Assembly: GCA_030827475.1 (NCBI GenBank)
Contig: JAUREJ010000008.1
Location: 95 to 64,094 of the forward strand
Origin: Poseidonia sp.
GTDB taxonomy: Archaea; Thermoplasmatota; Poseidoniia; Poseidoniales; Poseidoniaceae
Direction of reading: 5' to 3'
Length of the DNA stretch: 64,000 nucleotides
The notes beneath the pieces are model-generated. The model did no database searches, was not told where the DNA came from, and saw only the letters and a program-made list of their open reading frames with translations. The position numbers and the translations under genes were made by a program. Shown in pieces: positions 27,228-36,858 of the stretch. Positions within the stretch are counted from its first letter, which is position 1; each line of letters starts with the position of its first letter.

Positions 27228-27695
27228 ATGAAAACAACGCTCGCAGGCCAAAAAGCACCTCACTTCATTTTAGAAGACGAACAAGGTACTTCGTTTGACA
27301 GCGCGTCGCTGAACGGGACGTGGCGCATCGTCTTCTTCTACTCAAGACACAATTCTCCCACGTGCAAACGCGGGTGCTTAACGTTCAAGGAACAGCACGA
27401 CCTGTTCGCATCTGCAGGATGCTCAATCGTTGGCATCGGCCCCGGATCGGTGGAAGGCCTTGCCTCGTTCAAAGCCGAATTGGGCGACCTCCCGTTCCCC
27501 CTGCTCGCCGACCCTGAACGAGAAGTTGGTAAGCGATTCAACGTCCCGCTTCACGTCGGCCAATTCCCGGCAAAATCGTCCTTCCTCATCGGCCCTGACG
27601 ACACCATCCACTACATCTACGACTGGTTGTTTCGGCCTCGCCGTCACGTTGCGAAAATTCTTGCCGACATTTCCAGTGTCACGGGGGACGAATGA
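27228..27695 (+). CDS. bcp: peroxiredoxin (Bcp/AhpC-TSA family)
   Basis: 155 aa from ATG 27228. GQKAPHFILEDEQG, VFFYSRHNSPTCKRGC, PFPLLADPEREV. The Cys spacing is C-x3-C. Confidence 0.8.
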   Translation: MKTTLAGQKAPHFILEDEQGTSFDSASLNGTWRIVFFYSRHNSPTCKRGCLTFKEQHDLFASAGCSIVGIGPGSVEGLASFKAELGDLPFPLLADPEREVGKRFNVPLHVGQFPAKSSFLIGPDDTIHYIYDWLFRPRRHVAKILADISSVTGDE

Positions 27696-29096
27696 ATGTG
27701 GGATGAACTCCTCCTCGAAGCGGGCCTGAACGAGCGGGAAGTCCGCTCCATCATGATCCTCGGGTCAAGGCCGAAGATGAAAGCCTCCGAACTCGCAAAG
27801 GAATTGAACACCACAAGGCTTGATGCGTACAACAGCCTTTCCCGGCTTCAGGAAATGGGCATCGTGACCGCCACAGCGGACCGACCGATGCTCTTCTCGA
27901 GCCTTCGCGTCAACGAAGCCATGGAACACATCATCCAATCCCGAAAACAACAACTCGACCGGTTGGTTGAAGGTTTTGAGGACCTGTCAAAGGGGATAAC
28001 GGAAACCGATGCTTCCTACGAGAAACAACGACGCGACATTGACGACCCCCGATTCGCTGTCCTCAAAGAGCGCAGCCACATCTACAATCGCCTCCAAAAA
28101 ATGGCCAACGATGCAGAAGAGCGACTCATCCTCCTTCTCGGCCAATTTGGGATTCTTCACCTCTGCCGAAATCCAGAGGCGCTGGAAGCGGTGAACACCG
28201 CCGCCGTTCGCGGCGTGGTCGTTCAGGTCATCACCCACTTGGACGGCCGGACATTGCGCTTCTTTGACCAGCTCAATGCGAGTATCGAAGTCCGCCACTC
28301 CGACGAATTGGACTCTCTCGGCTTCGTCCAAGACCAATCCGAAGTCATTCAATACCTCAACATCGAAGACAACCCCGTGGGACGAGGCAAAGAAGATGCA
28401 GCCCTCATCATCGAATCTGGGCCCTTTTCGCAAGCCCACCTCCACCTCATTGACGCCATTTGGGAAGGCGCCGTCTCGCTGGCCACGGCTCGCGCCCGAT
28501 TCACCGAAAACCAGATCAACGACCCGCTTCGATTGACCATCGGCGAAGGTTCCTTTCTCAAGAACGTCTCCGTTGCCCTCGGTTTTGACGGTGAACTGCC
28601 CGAGGAAGACACGCCGTTTGACCCCGAGGCGTTCTTCGCAGCCGGCAACGAAGTCAACGATGCGCGGATGCGCCTGACCGAGGGAAAGTTGTCCAACCTC
28701 AAGGTGCTCGGTATTGACATCGGGAGAATGTTGCGCCAAATCGGCAACCGAGTGGGTCAAGAAATCGCCTTCTCCCTCCGTTCTATAGAAAATGATATCG
28801 AGTTTTTGGACGAGATGATGGATTGGTGGGAACACGCTGGATTGGGCTTGCTCCAATACGATGTTGACCCGCAATTTCACGTGGTCGTCGGCCTGAACCA
28901 TCCTCCGGTCGAAGACCCCGATGCGCTCCCCATGTGGCAGATGGACGACGGTATCATCGAAGGAGCGCTCTCAACTCGATTTGCAAAGGACGCCAATGTG
29001 GTCATCCAGCGCGTCAACGGATCCGGAGCCAAAGACGATTTGTGGCGTTACTTGATTCACCGTCATGAATTGAACACCATTGAATTGAGCGATTGA
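27696..29096 (+). CDS. TrmB-family wHTH regulator with probable C-terminal V4R (small hydrophobic ligand-binding) domain
   Basis: 466 aa. N-terminal LNEREVRSIMILG..MKASELAKELNTTRLDAYNSLSRLQEMGIV. C-terminal ~120 aa GIDIGRMLRQIGNRVGQEIA...WWEHAGLGLLQYD...IIEGALSTRF resembles COG1719/V4R. ATG directly abuts the bcp stop. Confidence 0.7.
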   Translation: MWDELLLEAGLNEREVRSIMILGSRPKMKASELAKELNTTRLDAYNSLSRLQEMGIVTATADRPMLFSSLRVNEAMEHIIQSRKQQLDRLVEGFEDLSKGITETDASYEKQRRDIDDPRFAVLKERSHIYNRLQKMANDAEERLILLLGQFGILHLCRNPEALEAVNTAAVRGVVVQVITHLDGRTLRFFDQLNASIEVRHSDELDSLGFVQDQSEVIQYLNIEDNPVGRGKEDAALIIESGPFSQAHLHLIDAIWEGAVSLATARARFTENQINDPLRLTIGEGSFLKNVSVALGFDGELPEEDTPFDPEAFFAAGNEVNDARMRLTEGKLSNLKVLGIDIGRMLRQIGNRVGQEIAFSLRSIENDIEFLDEMMDWWEHAGLGLLQYDVDPQFHVVVGLNHPPVEDPDALPMWQMDDGIIEGALSTRFAKDANVVIQRVNGSGAKDDLWRYLIHRHELNTIELSD

Positions 29097-29108
29097 GGTT
29101 GTTGAGTC

Positions 29109-30347
29109 ATGAAACTCCTCACTTTCATCCGGTTTTTCCGGCAACTCCGAGGGAAAAAACCGGTTGATATTGAAGCCATCCAATCGATGGGGTTGCTTGC
29201 GGTCAAACTTGGCCAAATCTTCGCCCTCCGTCCGGATTTGATCGAACCGCAAAGGTGCATTGAACTCCAGCGTTTGTACAGTCGGGCAGCGACCATCCCT
29301 GAAGAGGATTCCCAAGCGCTCCTCCAAAAGTTCGCACCGCCCGGATTCAACGACCACTTCCACCACATCGAGCCCCGACCCTTCGCTGCCGCCAGCATCG
29401 GACAGATCCATCGGGCGGTGTTAAAGGACGGGACGAAGGTGGTCGTGAAGATCATCAAAGCCGATTTTGAAGCCTCGTTTCGTCGTGATGTCCGGCGAAT
29501 GAAACGATGGATTCGCTTGGGTTTGTTCTTCAACCCCCGACTCCGAAAAGTCGGCAACCCCATCGGGCTGCTCGCACATATTGAAGACTACACGTTGCGA
29601 GAACTCAACCTCACCAACGAAATCCTCGGTCGCAACGACCTTCTGGCGAAAGCTGCTGAAGTTGAGAAACACTTTCCAATGCCGAAGTTGAACTTCCCCA
29701 AGATGTGGGAGGACCTTTCCAACCAGCGCGTGCTGGTCATGGAGGAAATCACCTCTCCGACGCTCGAAGACCACCTCGAAGGCGGGACAATGGCGTGGGA
29801 GGACATGCTTGAATTGTTTCGAATTCACGGTGCATTCATGTTTGGCCTGGGAACCTTTCACGGAGATTTGCACCCCGGCAACGCCATGATGAGCGAGAAC
29901 GGTGACTTCTTTTTCATCGACACTGGTGCCATTTGCCACGCTCCGGAACACGTACGAAACGCCTTGTTTGGCTTCTTTTATTTTCTCGCCAAAGGTGAAC
30001 TTCGAAATTCGTTTGATGCGATGCTGACCATGGCAGCTGTCCGTCCAACCGGCATCACCCTTGAGACATATTACCGCTCCATGGGCGAGTTATACGACGG
30101 TTTTGTAGGCACCTCGGTCAGTGAAGTCTCGTTGACCGAGCAGATGATGAAGACCGTGAAGGCAGCCGTTTTGGCTGGGTGCGCATTCGGCGAAGAGGCC
30201 TTCCCCATCATCCGCTCGCTGATGTACATGGACGGTATGGTGCTGAAAGGGTATCCGAATGTTGACCTGATCAGTTCCATGGGTCCGTATTTGGACGAAT
30301 TCTCGGCTCTCATCGACCCTCACGCCATCATCAAATCCAACGCTTGA
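29109..30347 (+). CDS. ABC1/UbiB-family atypical kinase
   Basis: 412 aa. VKLGQIFALRPDLI, AAASIGQIHRAVLKDGTKVVVKIIK, FHGDLHPGN. Confidence 0.85.
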   Translation: MKLLTFIRFFRQLRGKKPVDIEAIQSMGLLAVKLGQIFALRPDLIEPQRCIELQRLYSRAATIPEEDSQALLQKFAPPGFNDHFHHIEPRPFAAASIGQIHRAVLKDGTKVVVKIIKADFEASFRRDVRRMKRWIRLGLFFNPRLRKVGNPIGLLAHIEDYTLRELNLTNEILGRNDLLAKAAEVEKHFPMPKLNFPKMWEDLSNQRVLVMEEITSPTLEDHLEGGTMAWEDMLELFRIHGAFMFGLGTFHGDLHPGNAMMSENGDFFFIDTGAICHAPEHVRNALFGFFYFLAKGELRNSFDAMLTMAAVRPTGITLETYYRSMGELYDGFVGTSVSEVSLTEQMMKTVKAAVLAGCAFGEEAFPIIRSLMYMDGMVLKGYPNVDLISSMGPYLDEFSALIDPHAIIKSNA

Positions 30348-30351
30348 AGTG

Positions 30352-30371
30352 TTATTTTTTCTCAAATTTTT
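30352..30371 (+). terminator. oligo-T tracts downstream of the ubiB-like gene (possible archaeal terminator)
   Basis: T6 at 30355-30360 and T5 at 30367-30371, immediately after the stop and before the crtI TATA box. Confidence 0.3.
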
Positions 30372-30386
30372 GCGAACTAAAACCCG

Positions 30387-30397
30387 CCTTTATATGG
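30387..30397 (+). promoter_or_regulatory. TATA box (CCTTTATATGG) for crtI-crtB
   Basis: CTTTATAT starts 31 nt upstream of the ATG at 30419. No SD is visible. Confidence 0.6.
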
Positions 30398-30418
30398 TGA
30401 ATCCGGGGTTGGAGTGCT

Positions 30419-32032
30419 ATGTCCGCCGCCGCTATGCCTACCGTCGCTATTATCGGAGCAGGTCCCGGAGGACTTGCGTCCGCCCTGCTCCTTGCGAAAT
30501 CTGGCGTCAGTGTCACCGTATTCGAACGCTCATCGGCCGTTGGGGGCCGAAACAAAGTCTTCAACCGTGATGGGTTCAAATTCGACCTTGGCCCAACCTT
30601 TTTTCATTATCCTGAGGTGATTGAGGACATCTTCAAGGCCATCGGAATGGACGCCCACGAAGAACTCAACCTCCACAAATTGGAGTTGAACTACCGACTC
30701 ATCTTCGGCCAAGGCGGGGAACTTGACTGCACCAGCGACCTCGACGTGATGACCGAACGCATCCGAACGTTGTCCGGCGACCGAAACGCTGCTGCATTCC
30801 AACGCTACGTGAAGGACAACCGGATGAAACTTCAGAAATCAAAGGCGTGCCTCCAAGAGCCCTGGTACGGACCGTCTGACCTGCTCTCCAAGCGAGCCAT
30901 GCGAGTGGCTGGGGTCCTCCGGCCGCAACGCTCCGTTGCTCGAGATTTGATGAAACTCTTTGACGACGACCGGTTGATGCTGGCCATGTCGTTTCAAACG
31001 AAATATTTGGGCATGTCGCCGTTCAATTGCCCCAGCTTGTTTACGATGTTGGCCTTCCTTGAATACGAGTACGGCATCTTCCATCCGCTCGGTGGATTGG
31101 GCAGCGTCAGCGAGCGCATGGCCGCCATCGCCAAGGACCTCGGCGTCACGTTCCGAATGAACGAAGCCGTGGAATCCGTCATCATGGACGGGAAGACCAT
31201 CACCGGCGTTCGAACAGAAAAAGGCGAGTTCATGGCCGACCGCGTGGTCATGAACGCTGATTTTGCCAACGGCATGACCCAACTTTTCCCCGACAAGGTG
31301 CGCAAGAAGTGGTCCAACAAGAAACTGGACGGCAAGAAATACTCGTGCTCCACCTTCATGCTCTACCTTGGTGTTGACCGAACGTACGACGATCTCCCTC
31401 ATCACCAAATCTACGCTTCCGCCACCTACGAAGACAACCTCGAAGACATCGAGAAACACCATCGCATCACGTGGGACGACCCGTCAGTGTACGTCCAAAA
31501 CGCCTCCGTGACCGACCCGAGCCTCGCCCCGGAAGGGTGTTCAACCGTTTACGCCCTCGTTCCTGTGTCACACGTTCATGAAAACATTGACTGGTCAAAA
31601 GAAAAAGACGCCTACCGTGACCGCATTTTGGAACAAATCGAGACCAAACTCGGCTTTGAGAACCTCAAAGACCACATCGTGACGGAGATGGTCATCACCC
31701 CCGAAGATTGGGGTGACCACTGTTACCGGGGAGCCGTGTTTAACCTGGCTCACGGTCTTGACCAAATGCTCTGGCGCCGACCGAAGAATCAGTTTGACGA
31801 AATCAACAACCTCTACCTCGTTGGCGGCGGCACCCACCCCGGTAGTGGGCTTCCCGTAATCTACGAGTCCGCCCGCATCAGCAGCAAATTGTTGCTGGAC
31901 AGTCTCGGTATCATCCCGGATTGGAACGGCGTTGACACATGGTTCGAGAGTCGAAAGCGATCGAAGCAAGGCCGTGCGGCGGTCAACAAAACCTCAAAAG
32001 AGCCTTCAAGCGGAACACCGACATCAGCCTGA
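30419..32032 (+). CDS. crtI: phytoene desaturase
   Basis: 537 aa. FAD fold AIIGAGPGGLASALLLAKSGVSVTVFERSSAVGGR. C-terminal NLYLVGGGTHPGSGLPVIYESARI. Confidence 0.9.
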   Translation: MSAAAMPTVAIIGAGPGGLASALLLAKSGVSVTVFERSSAVGGRNKVFNRDGFKFDLGPTFFHYPEVIEDIFKAIGMDAHEELNLHKLELNYRLIFGQGGELDCTSDLDVMTERIRTLSGDRNAAAFQRYVKDNRMKLQKSKACLQEPWYGPSDLLSKRAMRVAGVLRPQRSVARDLMKLFDDDRLMLAMSFQTKYLGMSPFNCPSLFTMLAFLEYEYGIFHPLGGLGSVSERMAAIAKDLGVTFRMNEAVESVIMDGKTITGVRTEKGEFMADRVVMNADFANGMTQLFPDKVRKKWSNKKLDGKKYSCSTFMLYLGVDRTYDDLPHHQIYASATYEDNLEDIEKHHRITWDDPSVYVQNASVTDPSLAPEGCSTVYALVPVSHVHENIDWSKEKDAYRDRILEQIETKLGFENLKDHIVTEMVITPEDWGDHCYRGAVFNLAHGLDQMLWRRPKNQFDEINNLYLVGGGTHPGSGLPVIYESARISSKLLLDSLGIIPDWNGVDTWFESRKRSKQGRAAVNKTSKEPSSGTPTSA

Positions 32033-32041
32033 GGTGAGATC

Positions 32042-33034
32042 GTGAAAACCCTGCTTCTCAACAATGCGTACGACTATTGCGAAGCCGTCTGCAGAGAAGC
32101 CTCAACCACCTTCTATTCGTCGTTCAGTGCCCTTCAAGTTGAGAAGCGAAAGGCCGTTCACGCCGTGTATGCGCTGTGCCGATGGGTCGACGACATCGTG
32201 GACGGTGACGAAGAACCCAACGTCACTCAATCGCCGCAACTCGAGGTGGCGACGGATGCGCGCCAAGCCACCGTTGAAGAAATCCACGCCGGAAAAAAGC
32301 CTGTGCTTCCAGCACTTGAACATCGACAGCGACTCATGGCGCTCACCGAAATTCGGATGAAACTCAATCAGGTCTACGAACAAAGCATCACCGCCAACGA
32401 CCACCCTATTTTCATCGCGCTTCAGGACGTTGTTTCTCGGTACCCAATCAAACTTAACGACTTTGAAACGGTTATCGAGGGCATGGAAGACGACCTCTAC
32501 CCGGTGCAAAACCAAACCTGGGACGAACTTCGTTCGTACTGCTACAAGGTGGCCTCCGCCGTTGGCCTCATCCTGATTGAAATCTACGGATACGAAGACC
32601 GAGCTGCCCGACTTCACGCCATTGACCTCGGCATCCAAATGCAACTGATCAATGTGCTTCGTGACATCAACGAAGACATGGAACGTGGACGCATCTACTT
32701 GCCCGAAGAGGTACTTGCCTCGCACAACATCACCCTTGATATGTTGAATCAGGAGAACGTGGCTCAATCCTTGGCATGGCGTGGATTTATGGTGGAGTAT
32801 CTTGATGTCATCAAGCGACACCAAGCCTCAGCGAGCCACCTGTTTGCTTACCTCGATGCCCGTGCGCGGGTTCAACCGGAAATCATGGCAGATGCGTATT
32901 CATCCATCCTCAACGAGATTGTCCGTCGGTCGGGCGATGTCTTCAGCCAGCCCGTCCGCCTCTCAAGCTGGCGCAAATTGATGTTTGGCGTTCGCTTGAG
33001 CCTCCGAAAACTTCGAGCTCGCTATTTCGCCTGA
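32042..33034 (+). CDS. crtB: phytoene synthase
   Basis: 330 aa with GTG start 4 nt after SD GAGGTGA (32031-32037). YALCRWVDDIVDG and LRDINEDMERGRIYLP Asp-rich motifs. Confidence 0.9.
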   Translation: MKTLLLNNAYDYCEAVCREASTTFYSSFSALQVEKRKAVHAVYALCRWVDDIVDGDEEPNVTQSPQLEVATDARQATVEEIHAGKKPVLPALEHRQRLMALTEIRMKLNQVYEQSITANDHPIFIALQDVVSRYPIKLNDFETVIEGMEDDLYPVQNQTWDELRSYCYKVASAVGLILIEIYGYEDRAARLHAIDLGIQMQLINVLRDINEDMERGRIYLPEEVLASHNITLDMLNQENVAQSLAWRGFMVEYLDVIKRHQASASHLFAYLDARARVQPEIMADAYSSILNEIVRRSGDVFSQPVRLSSWRKLMFGVRLSLRKLRARYFA

Positions 33035-33067
33035 GGCGTGGAAAAACAGGCCCGAATGGTCTCGTGC

Positions 33068-34549
33068 TCAGTCGTCAAGCAGTGGAATCAAGGTTCCAAA
33101 ATCTTCGTAGAGACTGGGGCCGCTGGCCAAGTAGTAGACCGAACCCCGACCGTCCCGAGAGTCTTGAGCGGTCGCGTTCTCGTTGGTTGCGCACTCACCG
33201 GTGCAGCCGTCGGCAAAAGCGACGTAAACGCGCCCTTCGCGATCGATGTGGAGGTCGTTGAAATCCAAGAGGTTGCGGTTCGATCCTCCGATGTCTCGAC
33301 AATCCCCCGAGTTCAAACAAATCGAGCCGACTTGGACGGGGTCATCGGTAACCCGGTAGGTGTGGAAGATGGGATTCTCGTCGAGTGCGTTGAGGCTGTA
33401 GGTGATGTAGAGATGGTAGCTGGCGTTGTTCGGTGCGTAGTGAGCGTTCCCGTTCCAAGGGTTCCCGTCGATGTCGGATTGGTTGAGCATCTCGTCGTTC
33501 TCGCTCCCGAGGTAGGTGATGGCGATGCGTCCTGCGTCGCCAGCATCGGTTTGTGGGAACACCGAAGAAATCACGTTCACGGGAGAAATGCGGATGCTTT
33601 CTTGGTCCCAGGTTTCCCCGGAATCAAAGGAACGTGACATGTAGACGCCTTCGTCACCTCCCGTCCATACATGGTAAGCATTGGAATCCGAATCAGCGGA
33701 GACCTCCGAATTCTTTCGAGGGTTGGGCGTGCCCGTGTCCTCGCCCATGGTCCGCTCAAACCACGAAAAGCCGTTGTCCTTTGAGACGATGACCGTGGGG
33801 GTGGCGACACGTGGTGTCACGTAAACGGTCCCGTCAGGAGCGGTTGAAATGGCACCGTGCAAACCACCGTTCGTGGTGGCGAGGCCGATGATTTGACCGC
33901 CGAGTTCAAACGTTGCACCACCATCAACGCTCGTAAAACAGAAGATGCCAGCCAACTTGTTGTAGCAATAATACACGGCGGTTTCGTAAAAGTTGCTCGT
34001 GATTTGACCCAATGCTCCGTAGCCGCTGTCCGTCCAAGGCCCGCTCGCCAATTTGATGTGATCGTTGAGAGGCGTGGTGCCCGAATCGTGCGGGTTCCCC
34101 ATCCAGGATTCGCCGTCATCGTCGCTCCAGCAGATCCACGAAGTTTCCAGACCGATCATCTGGACCCCGAAGACACGGTCAGTGATCGGGTCCACCCATC
34201 CGTAGGGGTCACTGGTCGTCGGCGAACAGGCCACGGGGTCTTGGCTCTCCTCCCACGATGCACCGTAATCGCACGAACGCATGACCTTCTCCATGGCGAT
34301 GAAGAAGATGCAACCGCTGGAGGTGATGCCGATGCTCGGTTCCTTGCCGGTCTCACCCACGTCGCTGAACTGGAAGGTCATGGGCTCGATGTCCATGTCG
34401 AGAAGTTGCCCGGTTTTGTCCGTGACAAACATGCGCCGGTCGTCGTCGTCCTCCACCAAGGGCGGTGCAACCGTTTCTTCCTCACCGATGCACCCGGAGA
34501 GGGACATGGTGACCACCAACAACGAAAGCAGCCAAGCGTTGACTTTCAT
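33068..34549 (-). CDS. secreted BNR/Asp-box repeat (sialidase-like beta-propeller) protein, lipobox-like signal
   Basis: 493 aa. Signal MKVNAWLLSLLVVTMSLSGC. Asp-boxes SCDYGASWEE, SDDDGESWMG, TSVDGGATFE, SKDNGFSWFE, SFDSGETWDQ. Confidence 0.75.
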   Translation of the reverse strand: MKVNAWLLSLLVVTMSLSGCIGEEETVAPPLVEDDDDRRMFVTDKTGQLLDMDIEPMTFQFSDVGETGKEPSIGITSSGCIFFIAMEKVMRSCDYGASWEESQDPVACSPTTSDPYGWVDPITDRVFGVQMIGLETSWICWSDDDGESWMGNPHDSGTTPLNDHIKLASGPWTDSGYGALGQITSNFYETAVYYCYNKLAGIFCFTSVDGGATFELGGQIIGLATTNGGLHGAISTAPDGTVYVTPRVATPTVIVSKDNGFSWFERTMGEDTGTPNPRKNSEVSADSDSNAYHVWTGGDEGVYMSRSFDSGETWDQESIRISPVNVISSVFPQTDAGDAGRIAITYLGSENDEMLNQSDIDGNPWNGNAHYAPNNASYHLYITYSLNALDENPIFHTYRVTDDPVQVGSICLNSGDCRDIGGSNRNLLDFNDLHIDREGRVYVAFADGCTGECATNENATAQDSRDGRGSVYYLASGPSLYEDFGTLIPLLDD

Positions 34550-34599
34550 GGCCCCCCGACCGGCTCGTCAAATAATGACCTTCCGATGAGCGGCTCTGC

Positions 34600-35862
34600 T
34601 CACGAAAGCATGCTCTCGTAAATGGCTTCGTAGGCTTCGGCGTTGTGCTCGTAGGTGTAGTGATCCAAAACCCGCTGCCGTCCGCGAACCATCTGTTGAG
34701 TTCGCTCTTCGGGTTGGTCGAGGCAACGGTTCACCGCACGTGCAAGATCTTCGTGGTCACCGCAGGCGAAGAGTTCGCCCACCTCCTCATCGATCATCTC
34801 CGTTAACGGTGCTTGGTCAACGGTCACCACGGGGGTGCCGCTCGCCAGCGCTTCGAGTGGAATGAGGCCTTGGCCTTCGTAATACGATGGATAAACGACA
34901 ACATCGGCAGCCCGGAAGTGCAGAGCAAGTCGGTCAAAACTCATCCCCGGTTGAATGTGAACAGCATGAGCGATGCCCAGACGTTTGGCTTGCCGCATCA
35001 AGGTCCGACGCATGTGGCCTCGACCAACGATGACCAGCCGAGCACCGGGGTGCTGTTTGAGGACGCTTGGCATCGCTCGCAAGAGGGTTCGGTGGCCTTT
35101 CCTCGCCACCAAGCGGCCGACCGCCAAGAGCAGCGGGGTTTCGGTTGAGGCGTCGCCGCTCAAGGCTGCCTCGTCGGCAGCATCGTAGGATTTACGAAGT
35201 TCTTCGTATGCAAGCTGTTCTTCTTCGTGGTCGTGGTCCATCGGACGGAACACCTTGTGGTCCACGCCGTAGAGCACCGTCTCGCACCACCAATCTTCTG
35301 GCGGGCGGTACCAATGTTCGAACTCGGCTTTGGTGGAGGCCGATATCGCGACGCACGCCGTTGAACCTTCGATGCCGGCTTGTTCGTAACGGGCGTAATA
35401 ACCGCCCGTCAGTAAGATGGCGAGGTCGTTCGGGTTCTTCCACGTCGCCGCTTCTTTGTGCCGAGCCGCCCGCTTCATGCCTTCTCTCTCCCCGATCCAA
35501 CTGCCGTTGAGAGCGGAGACGACCGGCGCCACATGCTCCTCGACCCATCGGTACTCTTTGCGGGTCCAACTGACCAAAGGCAGCAAGGTGTGCACCACAT
35601 CCACGGGTTTCACCTGATGCAAGCGACGCAGTTCGACCAAGGCATGCTTGCCGTACGACCGCGTGAACATCATCGGTGCCTTGAGCCACGGAACATGGAG
35701 CACGCTCACGCCGGGTTGTTGAGGCGTCGCTTGCTTGTGCGTGCGGGTGATGACGGTCACGTCGTGACCGCGCGAAGCCAGGTGACCGGCGAGGTGATAC
35801 ACGACCGAGCCGATTCCACCCCAACGGGGCGGATATTCACCGGACACCATGGCGATGTGCAT
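34600..35862 (-). CDS. glycosyltransferase family 4 (GT-B)
   Basis: 420 aa from ATG 35862 (MHIAMVSGEYPPRWGGIGSVVYHLAGHL). C-terminal YPSYYEGQGLIPLEALASGTPVV. Confidence 0.85.
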   Translation of the reverse strand: MHIAMVSGEYPPRWGGIGSVVYHLAGHLASRGHDVTVITRTHKQATPQQPGVSVLHVPWLKAPMMFTRSYGKHALVELRRLHQVKPVDVVHTLLPLVSWTRKEYRWVEEHVAPVVSALNGSWIGEREGMKRAARHKEAATWKNPNDLAILLTGGYYARYEQAGIEGSTACVAISASTKAEFEHWYRPPEDWWCETVLYGVDHKVFRPMDHDHEEEQLAYEELRKSYDAADEAALSGDASTETPLLLAVGRLVARKGHRTLLRAMPSVLKQHPGARLVIVGRGHMRRTLMRQAKRLGIAHAVHIQPGMSFDRLALHFRAADVVVYPSYYEGQGLIPLEALASGTPVVTVDQAPLTEMIDEEVGELFACGDHEDLARAVNRCLDQPEERTQQMVRGRQRVLDHYTYEHNAEAYEAIYESMLS

Positions 35863-35883
35863 CGTGATGACGAAGCCGCTTCG

Positions 35884-35894
35884 GCATTTGAAGG
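35884..35894 (-). promoter_or_regulatory. TATA-like box (CCTTCAAATGC) for the GT4 gene
   Basis: Minus-strand TTCAAATG starts 30 nt upstream of the ATG at 35862. Confidence 0.45.
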
Positions 35895-35937
35895 TCATTG
35901 AAAACGAAGGCTTGACGAGGCCTTGCATCAAGCCAAA

Positions 35938-35947
35938 CCTTTGAAAC
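35938..35947 (+). promoter_or_regulatory. TATA-like box (CCTTTGAAAC) for the GT2 gene
   Basis: TTGAAAC starts 29 nt upstream of the ATG at 35970. Confidence 0.45.
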
Positions 35948-35969
35948 ACGATGCACGGCTGGTCCGTTC

Positions 35970-36743
35970 ATGGGCGATGTTCTCCCCGTGTCGGTCACGG
36001 TCATTTTACCCACGCGCAACGAGGAAGAGGCGTTGAGTCCAACCATCGACGCCATCCCTCGAGGGTGGTGCAAGGACCTGGAGATCATGATCGTCGATGG
36101 GAATTCCAGCGACAAAACGCGTGAAATCGCCTTGGAGAAAGACATCCGGGTCCATCTTGAACCACGCAAAGGTTACGGCAGGGCTTACCGAACGGGCTTC
36201 GATGTTGCCCGAAACGACATCATCGTCACGATGGACGCCGACTGCACCTACCCCGCTGAACTCGTCCCGGAACTCGTCAAGCGCTTGCTCGACGACGACC
36301 TCGATTTTATCACGTGCGACCGACTCACTCTCGCAGAAGACGGTTCCATGTCGGGGCTTCACGGGTTTGGCAACTGGGTGCTTTCCTTCACGGCACGGAT
36401 GTTGTTCTGGTACGGCATCAAAGACTCCCAAACCGGGATGTGGGTGTTCCGCAAATCCATCTTTGAAAACGAAAAGATGCGCCCCACCAACGACGGTATG
36501 CCACTGAGTGAAGAAATGAAAATTCTCGCCCGCCGGCACCTCGGGAAGAAGAAGGCCATCGAAATCTCCGTGCCCTACCGCCCGCGAGTCGGCGATGCCG
36601 AGATCCATACATGGGGCGACGGGTGGAAAAACCTCCGCTTCCTGTTCTTGCGACGGTTTGGATTGCACCGCACCCGGACACCTTGGGGTGCCTTGCCTTC
36701 AAACCCGGATTCCTTGAACGGCGACCTGCCCGAGCAAGGTTGA
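35970..36743 (+). CDS. glycosyltransferase family 2 (dolichyl-phosphate sugar synthase-like)
   Basis: 257 aa. VILPTRNEEEAL, VDGNSSDKT, TMDADCTYP (DxD). Confidence 0.85.
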   Translation: MGDVLPVSVTVILPTRNEEEALSPTIDAIPRGWCKDLEIMIVDGNSSDKTREIALEKDIRVHLEPRKGYGRAYRTGFDVARNDIIVTMDADCTYPAELVPELVKRLLDDDLDFITCDRLTLAEDGSMSGLHGFGNWVLSFTARMLFWYGIKDSQTGMWVFRKSIFENEKMRPTNDGMPLSEEMKILARRHLGKKKAIEISVPYRPRVGDAEIHTWGDGWKNLRFLFLRRFGLHRTRTPWGALPSNPDSLNGDLPEQG

Positions 36744-36858
36744 ACCGTCGATCCCGGCGCACCCTCAAACGCTCTCGTCGTTTTGCCCACACCTCGTGAG
36801 CAAATGCGATCAAAACCAACTCCAATGTTGAACATCCGGTGATGCATCTCTGGGAAGG

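Noticed and set aside
27330-27380. The Bcp peroxiredoxin has C-x3-C (PTCKRGC), which differs from my recollection of C-x4-C spacing in typical Bcp.
   Set aside because: I cannot verify the family consensus spacing without an alignment. The surrounding motifs are otherwise ordinary, so it is not reported as a finding.
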